DNA from: the human T2T-CHM13v2.0 reference genome, Homo sapiens
Reading direction: 5' to 3' (one strand)
Length of the DNA: 64,000 bases
NCBI RefSeq assembly: GCF_009914755.1
Contig: NC_060933.1
Shown: positions 15,190 to 29,339 of the stretch, piece by piece
Layout of the letters: each line of letters begins with the position of its first letter
Position numbering within the stretch: position 1 is the first letter of the stretch
The notes under the pieces: generated by a model
What the model was told of the DNA's origin: nothing
The model's input: the letters and a program-made list of their open reading frames with translations, nothing else
The model's database searches: none
Translations under genes and position numbers: made by a program

Positions 15190-18100
15190 CCATTCCATTA
15201 CATTCGGATTGATTCTATTCAATTCCCTTACGCTCCATTACATTCCATTCCATTCGGGTAGTTTCCATTCCATTCCATTCCATTCCTCTCCATTCCATTG
15301 CACTCGGGTTGATTCCATTCCATTGCATTCCATTCCATTCCATTCCATTCCATTCCATTCCATTCCATTCCATTCCATTACATTCGGATTGATTCTATTC
15401 AACTCCCTTACTCTCCATTACATTCCATTGCATTCGGGTTGTTCCATTCCATTCCATTCCATTCCACTCCATTCCATTGCACTCGGGTTGATTCCATTCC
15501 ATTCCATTCCATTCCATTCCATTCCATTCCATTCCAATCGAGTTGATTCCATTCCATTCCATTCCATTCCATTCCACTCCATTCCAGTCCTTTCCATTCC
15601 ATTCCACTCGGGTTGATTCCAATGTATTCCTTTCAATTCCATTACATTCCATTGCAATCGAGTTGATTCCATTGCTTTGCATTCCATTCCATTCCTTTCC
15701 ATTCCGGATGATTCCATTCCATTGCATTCCATTCCATTCCATTCCCCTGCACTCGGGTTGATTCCATTCCATTCCACTCCATGCCGTTCCATTCCATTCC
15801 ATTCCATTGTATTCCGGTTAATTCCATTCCATTCCATTCCATTCCATTCCATTCCATTCCATTACAATCGAGTTGATTCCATTCCATTCCATTCCATTCC
15901 AGTCCTTTCCATTCCATTCCACTCGGGTTGATTCCATTCTATTAGTTTCCATTCCATTCCATTCCCTTCCATTCCACTCTTGTTGATACCATTCCTTTCC
16001 ATTCCACTCGAATACATTCCCTCCTATTCCACTCGGAACGATTCCATTCCATTCCATTCCATTTCGTTCCATTCCATTCTATTCCGTATCATTCCATTCC
16101 ATTCCATTCCAATTCCATTCCATTCCATTCCATTCCATTCCATTCCATTCCATTGTACTCAGGTTGATTCAATTCCGTTGCATTCCATTCCATTACATTC
16201 GGATTGATTCTATTCAACTCCCTTACTCTCCATTACATTCCATTCCATTCGGGTTGTTCCATTCCATTCCATTCCATTCCACTCCATTCCATTGCACTCG
16301 GGTTGATTCCATTCCATTCCATTCCATTCCATTCCATTCCATTCCATTCCGGATGATTCCATTCCATTGCATGCCGTTCCATTACATTCCCCTGCACTCG
16401 CGTTGATTCCATTCCATTCCATTCAATTCCATTCCATTACAATTCGTTCCATTCCATTCTATTCCGTACCATTCCATTGCATTGCATACCATTCCATTCC
16501 ATTCCATTCCATTCCATTCCGTTCCATTCCATTCCATTCCATTCCATTCTATTCGGATTAATTCCATTCCATTCCATTCCTTTCCATTCTATTCCATTCC
16601 ATTGCAATCGAGTTGAAACCATTGCATTTCATTCCATTCCATTCCATTCCATTCCTTTCCGGAAGATTCCATTCCATTGCATTCCATTCCATTCCATTCC
16701 CCTGCACTCGCGTTGATTCCATTCTATTCCATTCCATTCCATTCCATTCCATTCCGTTCCGTTCCATTCCATTCCATTCCATTCTATTCGGGTTAATTCC
16801 ATTCGATTCCATTCGATTGCAATCGAGTTGATTCCATTCCATTCTATTCCATTCCATTCCATTCCATTCCATTCCTTTCCATTCCATTACGGATGATTCC
16901 ATTCCATTGCATTCCATTCCATTCCATTCCCCTGTACTCGGGTTGATTCCATTCCATTCTATTCCAATCCATGCCATTCCACTCGTGTTGATTCCATTCT
17001 TTCCATTCCATTCAAGTTGAATCCATTCCATTGCATTCCATTCCATTCCATTCCCCTGCAGTCGGGTTGATTCCATTCCATTCCATTCCATTCCATTCTA
17101 TTCCATTCCATTCCGTTCCGTTCCGTTCCATTCCATTCCATTCCATTCTATTCGGGTTAATTCCATTCCATTCCATTCCATTCCATTCCAATCGAGTTGA
17201 TTCCATTCCATTCCATTCCATTCCATTCCATTCCATTCCATTCCATTCCATTCCAATCGAGTTGATTCCATTCCATTCCATTCCATTCCATTCCACTCCA
17301 TTCCAGTCATTTCCATTCCATTCCACTCGGGTTGATTCCAATGTATTCCTTTCCAGTCCATTCCATTCCATTGCAATCGAGTTGATTCCATTGCTTTGCA
17401 TTCCATTCCATTCCATTCCATTCCGGATGATTCCATTCCATTGCATTCCATTCCATTCCATTCCCCTGCACTCGGGTTGATTCCATTCCATTCCACTCCA
17501 TTCCGTTCCATTCCATTCCATTCCATTGTATTTGGGTTAATTCCATTCCATTCCATTCCATTCCATTCCATTCCATTCCATTCCATTCCATTACAATCGA
17601 GTTGATTCCATTTCATTCCATTCCATTCCATTCCATTCCAGTCCTTTCCATTCCATTCCACTCGGGTTGATTCCAATGTATTCCTTTCAATTCCATTCCA
17701 TTCCATTGCAATCGAGTTGATTCCATTGCTTTGCATTCCATTCCATTCCATTCCATTCCGGATGATTCCATTCCATTGCATTCCATTCCATTCCATTCCC
17801 CTGCACTCGGGTTGATTCCATTCCATTCCACTCCATTCCGTTCCATTCCATTCCATTCCATTGTATTCGGGTTAATTCCATTCCATTCCATTCCATTCCA
17901 TTCCATTACATTCCTCTGCACTCGCGTTGATTCCATTCCATTCCATTCCATTCCATTCCATTCAATTCCATTCCATTACAATTCGTTCCATTCCATTCTA
18001 TTCCGTACCATTCCATTCCATTCCATACCATTCCATTCCATTCCATTCCGTTCCATTCCGTTCCATTCCATTCCATTCCATTCTATTCGGATTAATTCCA

Positions 18101-21100
18101 TTCCATTCCATTCCGTTCCATTCTATTCCATTCCATTGCAATTGAGTTGAATCCATTGCATTTCATTCCATTCCATTCAATTCCATTCCATTCCGGAAGA
18201 TTCCATTCCATTGCATTCCATTCCATTCCATTCCCCTGCACTCGCGTTGATTCCATTCCATTCCATTCCATTCCATTCCAATCCTTTCCGTTCCATTCCA
18301 TTCCATTCCATTCCATTCCATTCCGTTCCGTTCCATTCCATTCCATTCCATTCTATTCGGGTTAATTCCATTCCATTCCATTCGATTGCAATCGAGTTGA
18401 TTCCATTCCATTCCATTCCATTCCATTCCATTCCTTTGCATTCCATTACGGATGATTCCATTCAATTGCATTCCATTCCATTCCATTCCCCTGTACTCGG
18501 GTTGATTCCATTCCATTCCATTCCAATCCATGCCATTCCACTCGTGTTGATTCCATTCTTTCCTTTCCATTCAAGTTGAATCCATTCCATTGCATTCCAT
18601 TCCATTCGATTCCATTCTATTGCACTCGGGTTGATTCCATTCCATTGCATTCCATTCCATTCCATTCCATTCCATTCCATTCCATTCCATTACATTCGGA
18701 TTGATTCTATTCAATTCCCTTACACTTCATTACATTCCATTCCATTCGGGTAGTTTCCATTCCATTCCATTCCATTCCTCTCCATTCCATTGCACTCGGG
18801 TTGATTCCATTCCATTGCATTCCATTCCATTCCATTCCATTCCATTCCATTCCATTCCATTACATTCGGATTGATTTTATTCAACTCCCTTACTCTCCAT
18901 TACATTCCATTCCATTCGGGTTGTTCCATTCCATTCCATTCCATTCCACTCCATTCCATTGCACTCGGGTTGATTCCATTCCATTCCATTCCATTCCATT
19001 CCATTCCATTCCATTCCATTCCAATCGAGTTGATTCCATTCCATTCCATTCCATTCCATTCCACTCCATTCCAGTCCTTTCCATTCCATTCCACTCGGGT
19101 TGATTCCAATGTATTCCTTTCCATTCCATTCCATTCCATTGCAATCGAGTTGATTCCATTGCTTTGCATTCCATTCCATTCCATTCCATTCCGGATGATT
19201 CCATTCCATTGCATTCCATTCCATTCCATTCACCTGCACTCGGGTTGATTCCATTCCATTCCATTCCATGCCGTTCCATTCCATTCCATTCCATTGTATT
19301 CGGGTTAATTCCATTCCATTCCATTCCATTCCATTCCATTCCATTACAATCGAGTTGATTCCATTCCTTTCCATTCCATTCCAGTCCTTTCCATTCCATT
19401 CCACTCGGGTTGATTCCATTCTATTAGTTTCCATTCCATTCCATTCCCTTCCATTCCACTCTTGTTGATACCATTCCTTTCCATTCCACTCGAATACATT
19501 CCCTCCTATTCCACTCGGAACGATTCCATTCCATTCCATTCCATTCCATTCCATTCCATTTCGTTCCATTCCATTCTATTCCGTATCATTCCATTCCATT
19601 CCATTCCATTCCATTCCATTAAATTCCATTCCATTGTACTCAGGTTGATTCAATTCCATTGCATTCCATTCCATTCCATTCCATTGCACTCGGGTTGATT
19701 CCATTCCATTCCATTCCATTCCATTCCATTCCATTCCATTCCGGATGATTCCATTCCATTGCATTCCATTCCATTCCCCTGCACTCGGGTTGATTCCATT
19801 CCATTCCATTCCATTACATTCCATTCCATTCCATTCCGGATGATTCCATTCCATTGCATTCCGTTCCATTACATTCCCCTGCACTCGCGTTGATTCCATT
19901 CCATTCCATTCAATTCCATTCCATTACAATTCGTTCCATTCCATTCTATTCCGTACCATTCCATTCCATTGCATACCATTCCATTCCATTCCATTCCATT
20001 CCATTCCATTCCGTTCCATTCCATTCCATTCCATTCTATTCGGATTAATTCCATTCCATTCCATTCCATTCCATTCTATTCCATTCCATTGCAATCGAGT
20101 TGAATCCATTGCATTTCATTCCATTCCATTCCATTCCATTCCTTTCCGGAAGATTCCATTCCATTGCATTCCATTCCATTCCATTCCCCTGCACTCGCGA
20201 TGATTCCATTCCATTCCATTCCATTCCATTCCATTCCGTTCCGTTCCATTCCATTCCATTCCATTCCATTCCATTCCATTCCATTCCGTTCCGTTCCATT
20301 CCATTCCATTCCATTCTATTCGGGTTAATTCCATTCCATTCCATTCGATTTCAATCGAGTTGATTCCATTCCATTCTATTCCATTCCATTCCATTCCATT
20401 CCATTCCTTTCCATTCCATTACGGATGATTCCATTCCATTGCATTCCATTCCATTCCATTCCCCTGTACTCGGGTTGATTCCATTCCATTCTATTCCAAT
20501 CCATGCCATTCCACTCGTGTTGATTCCATTCTTTCCATTCCATTCAAGTTGAATCCATTCCATTGCATTCCATTCCATTCCATTCCCCTGCAGTCGGGTT
20601 GATTCCATTCCATTCCATTCCATTCCATTCTATTCCATTCCATTCCGTTCCGTTCCGTTCCATTCCATTCCATTCCATTCTATTCGGGTTAATTCCAATT
20701 CCATTCCATTCCATTCCATTCCAATCGAGTTGCTTCCATTCCATTCCATTCCATTCCATTCCACTCCATTCCAGTCCTTTCCATTCCATTCCACTCGGGT
20801 TGATTCCAATGTATTCCTTTCAATTCCATTCCATTCCTTTGCAATCGAGTTGATTCCATTGCTTTGCATTCCATTCCATTCCATTCCATTCCGGATGATT
20901 CCATTCCATTGCATTCCATTCCATTCCATTCCCCTGCACTCCGGTTGATTCCATTCCGTTCCACTCCATTCCGTTCCATTCCATTCCATTCCATTGTATT
21001 CGGGTTAATTCCATTCCATTCCTTTCCATTCCATTCCATTCCATTCCCCTGCACTCGCGTTGATTCCATTCCATTCCATTCCATTCCATTCCATTCAATT

Positions 21101-21850
21101 CCATTCCATTACAATTCGTTCCATTCCATTCCATTCCATACCATTCCATTCCATTCCATTCCGTTCCATTCCGTTCCATTCCATTCCATTCCATTCTATT
21201 CGGATTAATTCCATTCCATTCCATTCCGTTCCATTCTATTCCATTCCATTGCAATTGAGTTGAATCCATTGCATTTCATTCCATTCCATTCAATTCCATT
21301 CCATTCCGGAAGATTCCATTCCATTGCATTCCATTCCATTCCATTCCCCTGCACTCGCGTTGATTCCATTCCATTCCATTCCATTCCATTCCACTCCTTT
21401 CCGTTCCGTTCCATTCCATTCCATTCCATTCCATTCCATTCCATTCCATTCCGTTCCATTCCATTCCATTCCATTCCATTCTATTCGGGTTAATTCCATT
21501 CCATTCCATTCGATTGCAATCGAGTTGATTCCATTCCATTCCATTCCATTCCATTCCATTCCTTTCCATTCTATTACGGATGATTCCATTCCATTGCATT
21601 CCATTCCATTCCATTCCCCTGTACTCGGGTTGATTCCATTCCATTCCATTCCAATCCATGCCATTCCACTCGTGTTGATTCCATTCTTTCCTTTCCATTC
21701 AAGTTGAATCCTTTCCATTGCATTCCATTCCATTCGATTCCATTCTATTGCACTCGGGTTGATTCCATTCCATTCCATTCCATTCCATTCCATTCCATTC
21801 CATTCCGTTCCATTCCATTCCATTACATTCGGATTGATTCTATTCAATTC
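15190..21850 (+). repeat. Two tandem copies of a ~3.1-3.5-kb unit
   Basis: Shared rare variants: ATGCCGTTCC 15781/19268; ACTCTTGTTGATACC 15976/19458; ATTCCTTTCCGGAAG 16651/20138; TTGCAATTGAG 18136/21249; TTACACTTCATTAC ~18720/21853. Confidence 0.82.
17270..17900 (+). repeat. 335-bp tandem duplication of the CCAATGTATTCC...TTGCTTTGC module
   Basis: CCAATGTATTCC at 17338 and 17673, each followed by the same downstream sequence (TTGCTTTGC, TCCGGATGA, CCCCTGCACTCGGG, TTGTATT). Confidence 0.8.
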
Positions 21851-24260
21851 CCTTACACTTCATTACATTCCATTCCATTCGGGTAGTTTCCATTCCATTC
21901 CATTCCATTCCTCTCCATTCCATTGCACTCGGGTTGATTCCATTCCATTGCATTCCATTCCATTCCATTCCATTCCATTCCGTTCCATTCCATTCCATTA
22001 CATTCGGATTGATTCTATTCAACTCCCTTACTCTCCATTACATTCCATTCCATTTCGGTTGTTCCATGCCATTCCATTCCATTCCACTCCATTCCATTGC
22101 ACTCGGGTTGATTCCATTCCATTCCATTCCATTCCATTCCATTCCATTTCATTCCATTCCGGAAGATTCCATTCCATTGCATTCCATTCCATTCCATTCC
22201 CCAGCACTCGCGTTGATTCCATTCCATTCCATTCTATTCCATTCCATTCCCTTCCTTTCCGTTCCATTCCATTCCATTCTATTCGGGTTAATTCCATTCC
22301 ATTCCATTGGATTGCAATCGAGTTGATTCCATTCCATTCCATTCCATTCCATTCCATTCCATTCCATTCCTTCCCATTCCATTACGGACGATTCCATTCC
22401 ATTGCATTCCATTCCATGCCATTCCCCTGTACTCGGTTTGATTCCATTCCATTTCATTCCAATCCATGCCCTTCCACTCGTGTTGATTCCATTCTTTCCA
22501 TTCCATTCAAGTTGAATCCATTCCATTGCATTCCATTCCATTCGATTCCATTCGATTGCATTCGGGTTGATTCCATTCCATTGCATTCCATTCCATTCCA
22601 TTCCATTCCATTCCATTCCATTCCGTTCCATTCCATTCCATTACATTCGGATTGATTCTATTCAATTCCCTTACACTCCATTACATTCCATTCCACTCGG
22701 GTAGTTTCCATTCCATTCCATTCCATTCCTCTCTATTCCATTGAACTCGGGTTGATTCCATTCCATTGCATTCCATTCCATTCCATTCAATTCAATTCCG
22801 TTCCATTCCATTCCATTACATTCGGATTGATTCTATTCAACTCCCTTACTCTCCATTATATTCCATTCCATTCGGGTTGTTCCATTCCATTCCATTCCAT
22901 TCCATTCCATTCCATTGCACTCGGGTTTATTCCATTCCATTCCATTCCATTCCATTCCATTCCATTCCATTCCATTCCGGAAGATTCCATTCCATTGCAT
23001 TCCATTCCATTCCATTCCCCTGCACTCGCGTTGATTCCATTCCATTCCATTCCATTCCATTCCTTTCCGTTCCATTCCATTCCATTCCATTCCATTCCAA
23101 TCCATTCCATTCCGTTCCGTTCCGTTCCATTCCATTCCATTCCATTCTATTCGGGTTAATTCCATTCCATTCCATTCGATTGCAATCGAGTTGATTCCAT
23201 TCCATTCCATTCCATTCCATTCCATTCCATTCCATTCCATTCCTTACCATTCCATTACGGATGATTCCATTCCATTGCATTCCATTCCATTCCATTCCCC
23301 TGTACTCGGGTTGATTCCATTCCATTCCATTCCAATCCATGCCATTCCACTCGTGTTGATTCCATTCTTTCCATTCCATTCAAGTTGAATCCATTCCATT
23401 GCATTCCATTCCATTCGATTCCATTCGATTGCACTCGGGTTGATTCCATTCCATTGCATTCCATTCCATTCCATTCCATTCCATTCCATTCCGTTCCATT
23501 CCATTCCATTACATTCGGATTGATTCTATTCAATTCCCTTACACTCCATTACATTCCATTCCATTCGGGTAGTTTCCATTCCATTCCATTCCATTCCTCT
23601 CCATTCCATTGAACTCGGGTTGATTCCATTCCATTGCATTCCATTCCATTCCATTCAATTCCATTCCGTTCCATTCCATTCCATTACATTCGGATTTATT
23701 CTATTCAACTCCCTTACTCTCCATTTCATTCCATTCCATTCGGGTTGTTCCATTCCATTCCATTCCATTCCACTCCATTCCATTGCACTCGGGTTTATTC
23801 CATTCCATTCCATTCCATTCCATTCCATTCCATTCCAATCGAGTTGATTCCATTCCATTGCATTCCATTCCATTCCATTCCCCTGCACTCGCGTTGATTC
23901 CATTCCATTCCATTCCATTCCATTCCATTCCATTCCTTTCCGTTCCATTCCATTCCATTCCATTCCAATCCATTCCATTCCTTTCCGTTCCGTTCCATTC
24001 CATTCCATTCCATTCTATTCGGTTTAATTCCATTCCATTCCATTCGATTGCAATCGAGTTGATTCCATTCCATTCCATTCCATTCCATTCCATTCCATTC
24101 CTTTCCATTCCATTACGGATGTTTCCATTCCATTGCATTCCATTCCATTCCATTCCCCTGTACTCGGGTTGATTCCATTCCATTCCATTCCAATCCATGC
24201 CATTCCACTCGTGTTGATTCCATTCTTTCCATTCCATTCAAGTTGAATCCATTCCATTGC
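21590..24260 (+). repeat. Local tandem run of ~810-870-bp units
   Basis: CCAATCCATG module at 21651, 22459, 23332 and 24190. The rare variants TTGAACTCGGG (22741/23609) and CACTCGGGTTTATTCC (22918/23786) are both 868 bp apart. Confidence 0.75.
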
Positions 24261-27200
24261 ATTCCATTCAATTCCATTCCCCTGCAGTCGGGTTGTTTCC
24301 ATTCCATTCCATTCCATTCCATTCCATTCCATTCCGTTCCATTCTTTTCCGTTCCATTCCATTCCATTCCATTCTATTCGGGTTAATTCCATTCCATTCC
24401 ATTCCATTCCATTCCATTCCATTCCATTCCATTCCATTCGAGTTGATTCCATTCCATTCCATTCCATTCCATTCCACTCCATTCCAGTCCTTTCCATTCC
24501 ATTCCACTCGGGTTGATTCCAATGTATTCCTTTCCATTCCATTCCATTCCATTGCAATGGAGTTGATTCCATTGCTTTGCATTCCATTGCATTCCATTCC
24601 ATTCCGGATGATTCCATTCCATTGCATTCCATTCCATTCCATTCCCCAGCACTCGGGTTGATTACATTCCATTCCACTCCATTCCGTTCCATTCCATTCC
24701 ATTGCATTGTATTCGGGTTAATTCCATTCCATTCCATTCCTTTCCATTCCATTCCATTACAATCGAGTTGATTCCATTCCATTCCATTCCATTCCAGTCC
24801 TTTCCATTCCATTCCTCTCGGGTTGATTCCATTCTATTAGTTTACATTCCATTCCATTCCCTTCCATTCCACTCTGGTTGATTCCATTCCTTTCCATTCC
24901 ACTCGAATACATTCCCTCCTATTCCACTCAGAACGATTCCATTCCATTCCATTCCATTCCATTCCATTCCATTTCGTTCCATTCCATTCTATTCCGTATC
25001 ATTCCATTCCATTCCATTCGATTCCATTCCATTCCATTCCATTCCATTCCATTCCATTGTACTCAGGTTGATTCAATTCCATTGCATTCCATTCCATTCC
25101 ATTCCATTCCATTCCATTCCATTCCGTTGCATTCCATTCCATTACATTCGGATTGATTCTATTCAACTCCCTTACTCTCCATTACATTCCATTCTATTCG
25201 GGTTGTTCCATTCCATTCCATTCCATTCCACTCCATTCCATTGCAGTCGGGTTGATTCCATTCCATTCCATTGCATTCCATTCCATTCCATTCCATTCCG
25301 TTCCGGATGATTCCATTCCATTGCATTCCGTTCCATTACATTCCCCTGCACTCGGGTTTATTCCATTCCATTGCATTCCATTCCATTCCATTCCATTCCA
25401 TTCCATTCCATTCCATTCCATTCCGTTCCATTCCATTACATTCGGATTGATTCTATTCAACTCCCTTACTCTCCATTACATTCCATTCCATTCGGGTTGT
25501 TCCATTCCATTCCATTCCATTCCACTCCATTCCATTGCGCTCGGGTTGATTCCATTCCATTCCATTCCATTCCATTCCATTCCATTCCATTCCGGATGAT
25601 TCCATTCCATTGCATTCCGTTCCATTACATTCCCCTGCACTCGGGTTGATTCCATTCCATTCCATTCCTTTCCATTCGATTCCATTCCATTCCAATTCTT
25701 TCCATTCCATTCTATTCCGTACCATTACATTACATTCCATACAATTCCATTCCATTCCATTCCACTCTGTTCCGTTCCGTTCCGTTCTGTTCCGTTCCAT
25801 TCCATTCCATTCCATTCTATTCGGTTTAATTCCATTCCATTCCATTCCATTCCATTCCATTCCATTCCATTCCATTCTATTCCATTCCATTGCAATCGAG
25901 TTGAATCCATTGCATTCCATTCCATTCCATTCCATTCCATTCCATTCAATTCCGGAAGATTCCATTCCATTGCATTCCATTCCATTCCATTCCATTCCAT
26001 TCCATTCCATTCCATTCCATTGTACTCGGGTTGATTCCATTCCATTGCATTCCATTCCATTCCATTCCATTCCATTCCATTCCATTCCATTCCATTCCAT
26101 TCCGGATGATTCCATTCCATTGCATTCCGTTCCATTACATTCCCCTGCACTCGCGTTGATTCCATTCCATTCCATTCCATTCCATTCAATTCCATTCCAT
26201 TACAATTCGTTCCATTCCATTCTATTCCGTACCATTCCATTCCATTCCATACCATTCCATTCCATTCCATTCCATTCCATTCCATTCCGTTCCATTCCGT
26301 TCCATTCCATTCCATTCCATTCTATTCGGATTAATTCCATTCCATTCCATTCCATTCCATTCTATTCCATTCCATTGAAATCGAGTTGAATCCATTGCAT
26401 TTCATTCCATTCCATTCCATTCCATTCCATTCCGGAAGATTCCATTCCATTGCATTCCATTCCATTCCATTCCCCTGCACTCGCGTTGATTCCATTCCAT
26501 TCCATTCCATTCCATTCCGTTCCATTCCATTCCATTCCATTCCGTTCCATTCCATTCCATTCCATTCCATTCTATTCGGGTTAATTCCATTCCATTCCAT
26601 TCGATTGCAATCGAGTTGATTCCATTCCATTCCATTCCATTCCATTCCATTCCATTCCTTTCCATTCCATTACGGATGATTCCATTCCATTGCATTCCAT
26701 TCCATTCCATTCCCCTGTACTCAGGTTGATTCCATTCCATTCCATTCCAATCCATGCCATTCCACTCGTGTTGATTCCATTCTTTCCATTCCATTCAAGT
26801 TGAATCCATTCCATTGCATTCCATTCAATTCGATTCCATTCGATTGCACTCGGGTTGATTCCATTCCATTGCATTCCATTCCATTCCATTCCATTCCATT
26901 CCATTCCATTCCATTCCGTTCCATTCCATTCCTTTACATTCGGAGTGATTCTATTCAATTCCCTTACACTCCATTACATTCCATTCCATTCGGGTAGTTT
27001 CCATTCCATTCCATTCCATTCCTCTCCATTGCATTGCAATCGGGTTGATTCCATTCCATTGCATTCCATTCCATTCCATTCCATTCCATTCCGTTCCATT
27101 CCATTCCATTACATTCGGATTCATTCTATTCAACTCCCTTACTCTCCATTACATTCCATTCCATTCGGGTTGTTCCATTCCATTCCATTCCATTCCACTC

Positions 27201-28235
27201 CATTCCATTGCACTCGGGTTGATTCCATTCCATTCCATTCCATTCCATTCCATTCCGGAAGATTCCATTCCATTGCATTCCATTCCATTCCATTCCATTG
27301 CACTCGCGTTGATTCCATTCCATTCCATTCCATTCCATTCCATTCCATTCCTTTCCGTTCCATTCCATTCCATTCCATTCCAATCCATTCCATTCCGTTC
27401 CGTTCCGTTCCATTCCATTCCATTCCATTCTATTCGGGTTAATTCCATTCGATTCCATTCGATTGCAATCGAGTTGATTCCATTCCATTCCATTCCATTC
27501 CATTCCATTCCTTTGCATTCCATTACGGATGATTCCATTCAATTGCATTCCATTCCATTCCATTCCCCTGTACTCGGGTTGATTCCATTCCATTCCATTC
27601 CAATCCATGCCATTCCACTCGTGTTGATTCCATTCTTTCCTTTCCATTCAAGTTGAATCCATTCCATTGCATTCCATTCCATTCGATTCCATTCTATTGC
27701 ACTCGGGTTGATTCCATTCCATTGCATTCCATTCCATTCCATTCCATTCCATTCCATTCCATTCCATTCCGTTCCATTCCATTCCATTACATTCGGATTT
27801 ATTCTATTCAACTCCGTTACTCTCCATTATATTCCATTCCATTCGGGTTGTTCCATTCCATTCCATTCCATTCCACTCCATTCCAATCGAGTTGATTCCA
27901 TTCCATTGCATTCCATTCCATTCCATTCCCCTGCACTCGCGTTGATTCCATTCCATTCCATTCCATTCCATTCCATTCCATTCCTTTCCGTTCCATTCCA
28001 TTCCATTCCATTCCAATCCATTCCATTCCTTTCCGTTCCGTTCCATTCCATTCCATTCCATTCTATTCGGGTTAATTCCATTCCATTCCATTCGATTGCA
28101 ATCGAGTTGATTCCATTGCATTCCATTCCATTCCATTCCATTCCATTCCTTTCCATTCCATTACGGATGATTCCATTCCATTGCATTCCATTCCATTCCA
28201 TTCCCCTGTACTCGGGTTGATTCCATTCCATTCCA

Positions 28236-28325
28236 TTCCAATCCATGCCATTCCACTCGTGTTGATTCCATTCTTTCCATTCCAATCCATGCCATTCCAC
28301 TCGTGTTGATTCCATTCTTTCCATT
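28236..28325 (+). repeat. 44-bp exact tandem duplication (TTCCAATCCATGCCATTCCACTCGTGTTGATTCCATTCTTTCCA x2)
   Basis: ATCCATGCC at 28241 and 28285. This module is single-copy at each of its other occurrences that I inspected. Confidence 0.9.
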
Positions 28326-29339
28326 CCATTCAAGTTGAATCCATTCCATTGCATTCCATTCCATTCCATTCCCCTGCAGTCGGGTTGTTTCCATTCCATT
28401 CCATTCCATTCCATTCAATTCCATTCCGTTCCGTTCCATTCCATTCCATTCCATTCTATTCGGGTTAATTCCATTCCATTCCATTCCATTCCATTCCATT
28501 CCATTCGAGTTGATTCCATTCCATTCCATTCCATTCCACTCCATTCCAGTCCTTTCCATTCCATTCCACTCGGGTTGATTCCAATGTATTCCTTTCCATT
28601 GCATTCCATTCCGTTGCAATGGAGTTGATTCCATTGCTTTGCATTCCATTGCATTCCATTCCATTCCGGATGATTCCATTCCATTGCATTCCATTCCATT
28701 CCATTCCCCTGCACTCGGGTTGATTCCATTCCATTCCACTCCATTCCGTTCCATTCCATTCCATTGCATTGTATTCGGGTTAATTCCATTCCATTCCATT
28801 CCTTTCCATTCCATTCCATTACAATCGAGTTGATTCCATTCCATTCCATTCCATTCCAGTCCTTTCCATTCCATTCCTCTCGGGTTGATTCCATTCTATT
28901 AGTTTACATTCCTTTCCATTCCCTTCCATTCCACTCTGGTTGATTCCATTCCTTTCCATTCCACTCGAATACATTCCCTCCTATTCCACTCAGAACGATT
29001 CCATTCCATTCCATTCCATTCCATTCCATTCCATTTCGTTCCATTCCATTCTATTCCGTATCATTCCATTCCATTCCATTCCATTCCATTCCATTCCATT
29101 CCATTCCATTCCATTCCATTGTACTCATGTTGATTCAATTCCATTGCATTCCATTCCATTCCATTCCATTCCATTCCGTTGCATTCCATTCCATTACATT
29201 CGGATTGATTGTATTCAACTCCCTTACTCTCCATTACATTCCATTCCATTCGGGTTGTTCCATTCCATTCCACTCCATTCCATTGCACTCGGGTTGATTC
29301 CATTCCATTCCATTCCATTCCATTCCATTCCATTCCGGA

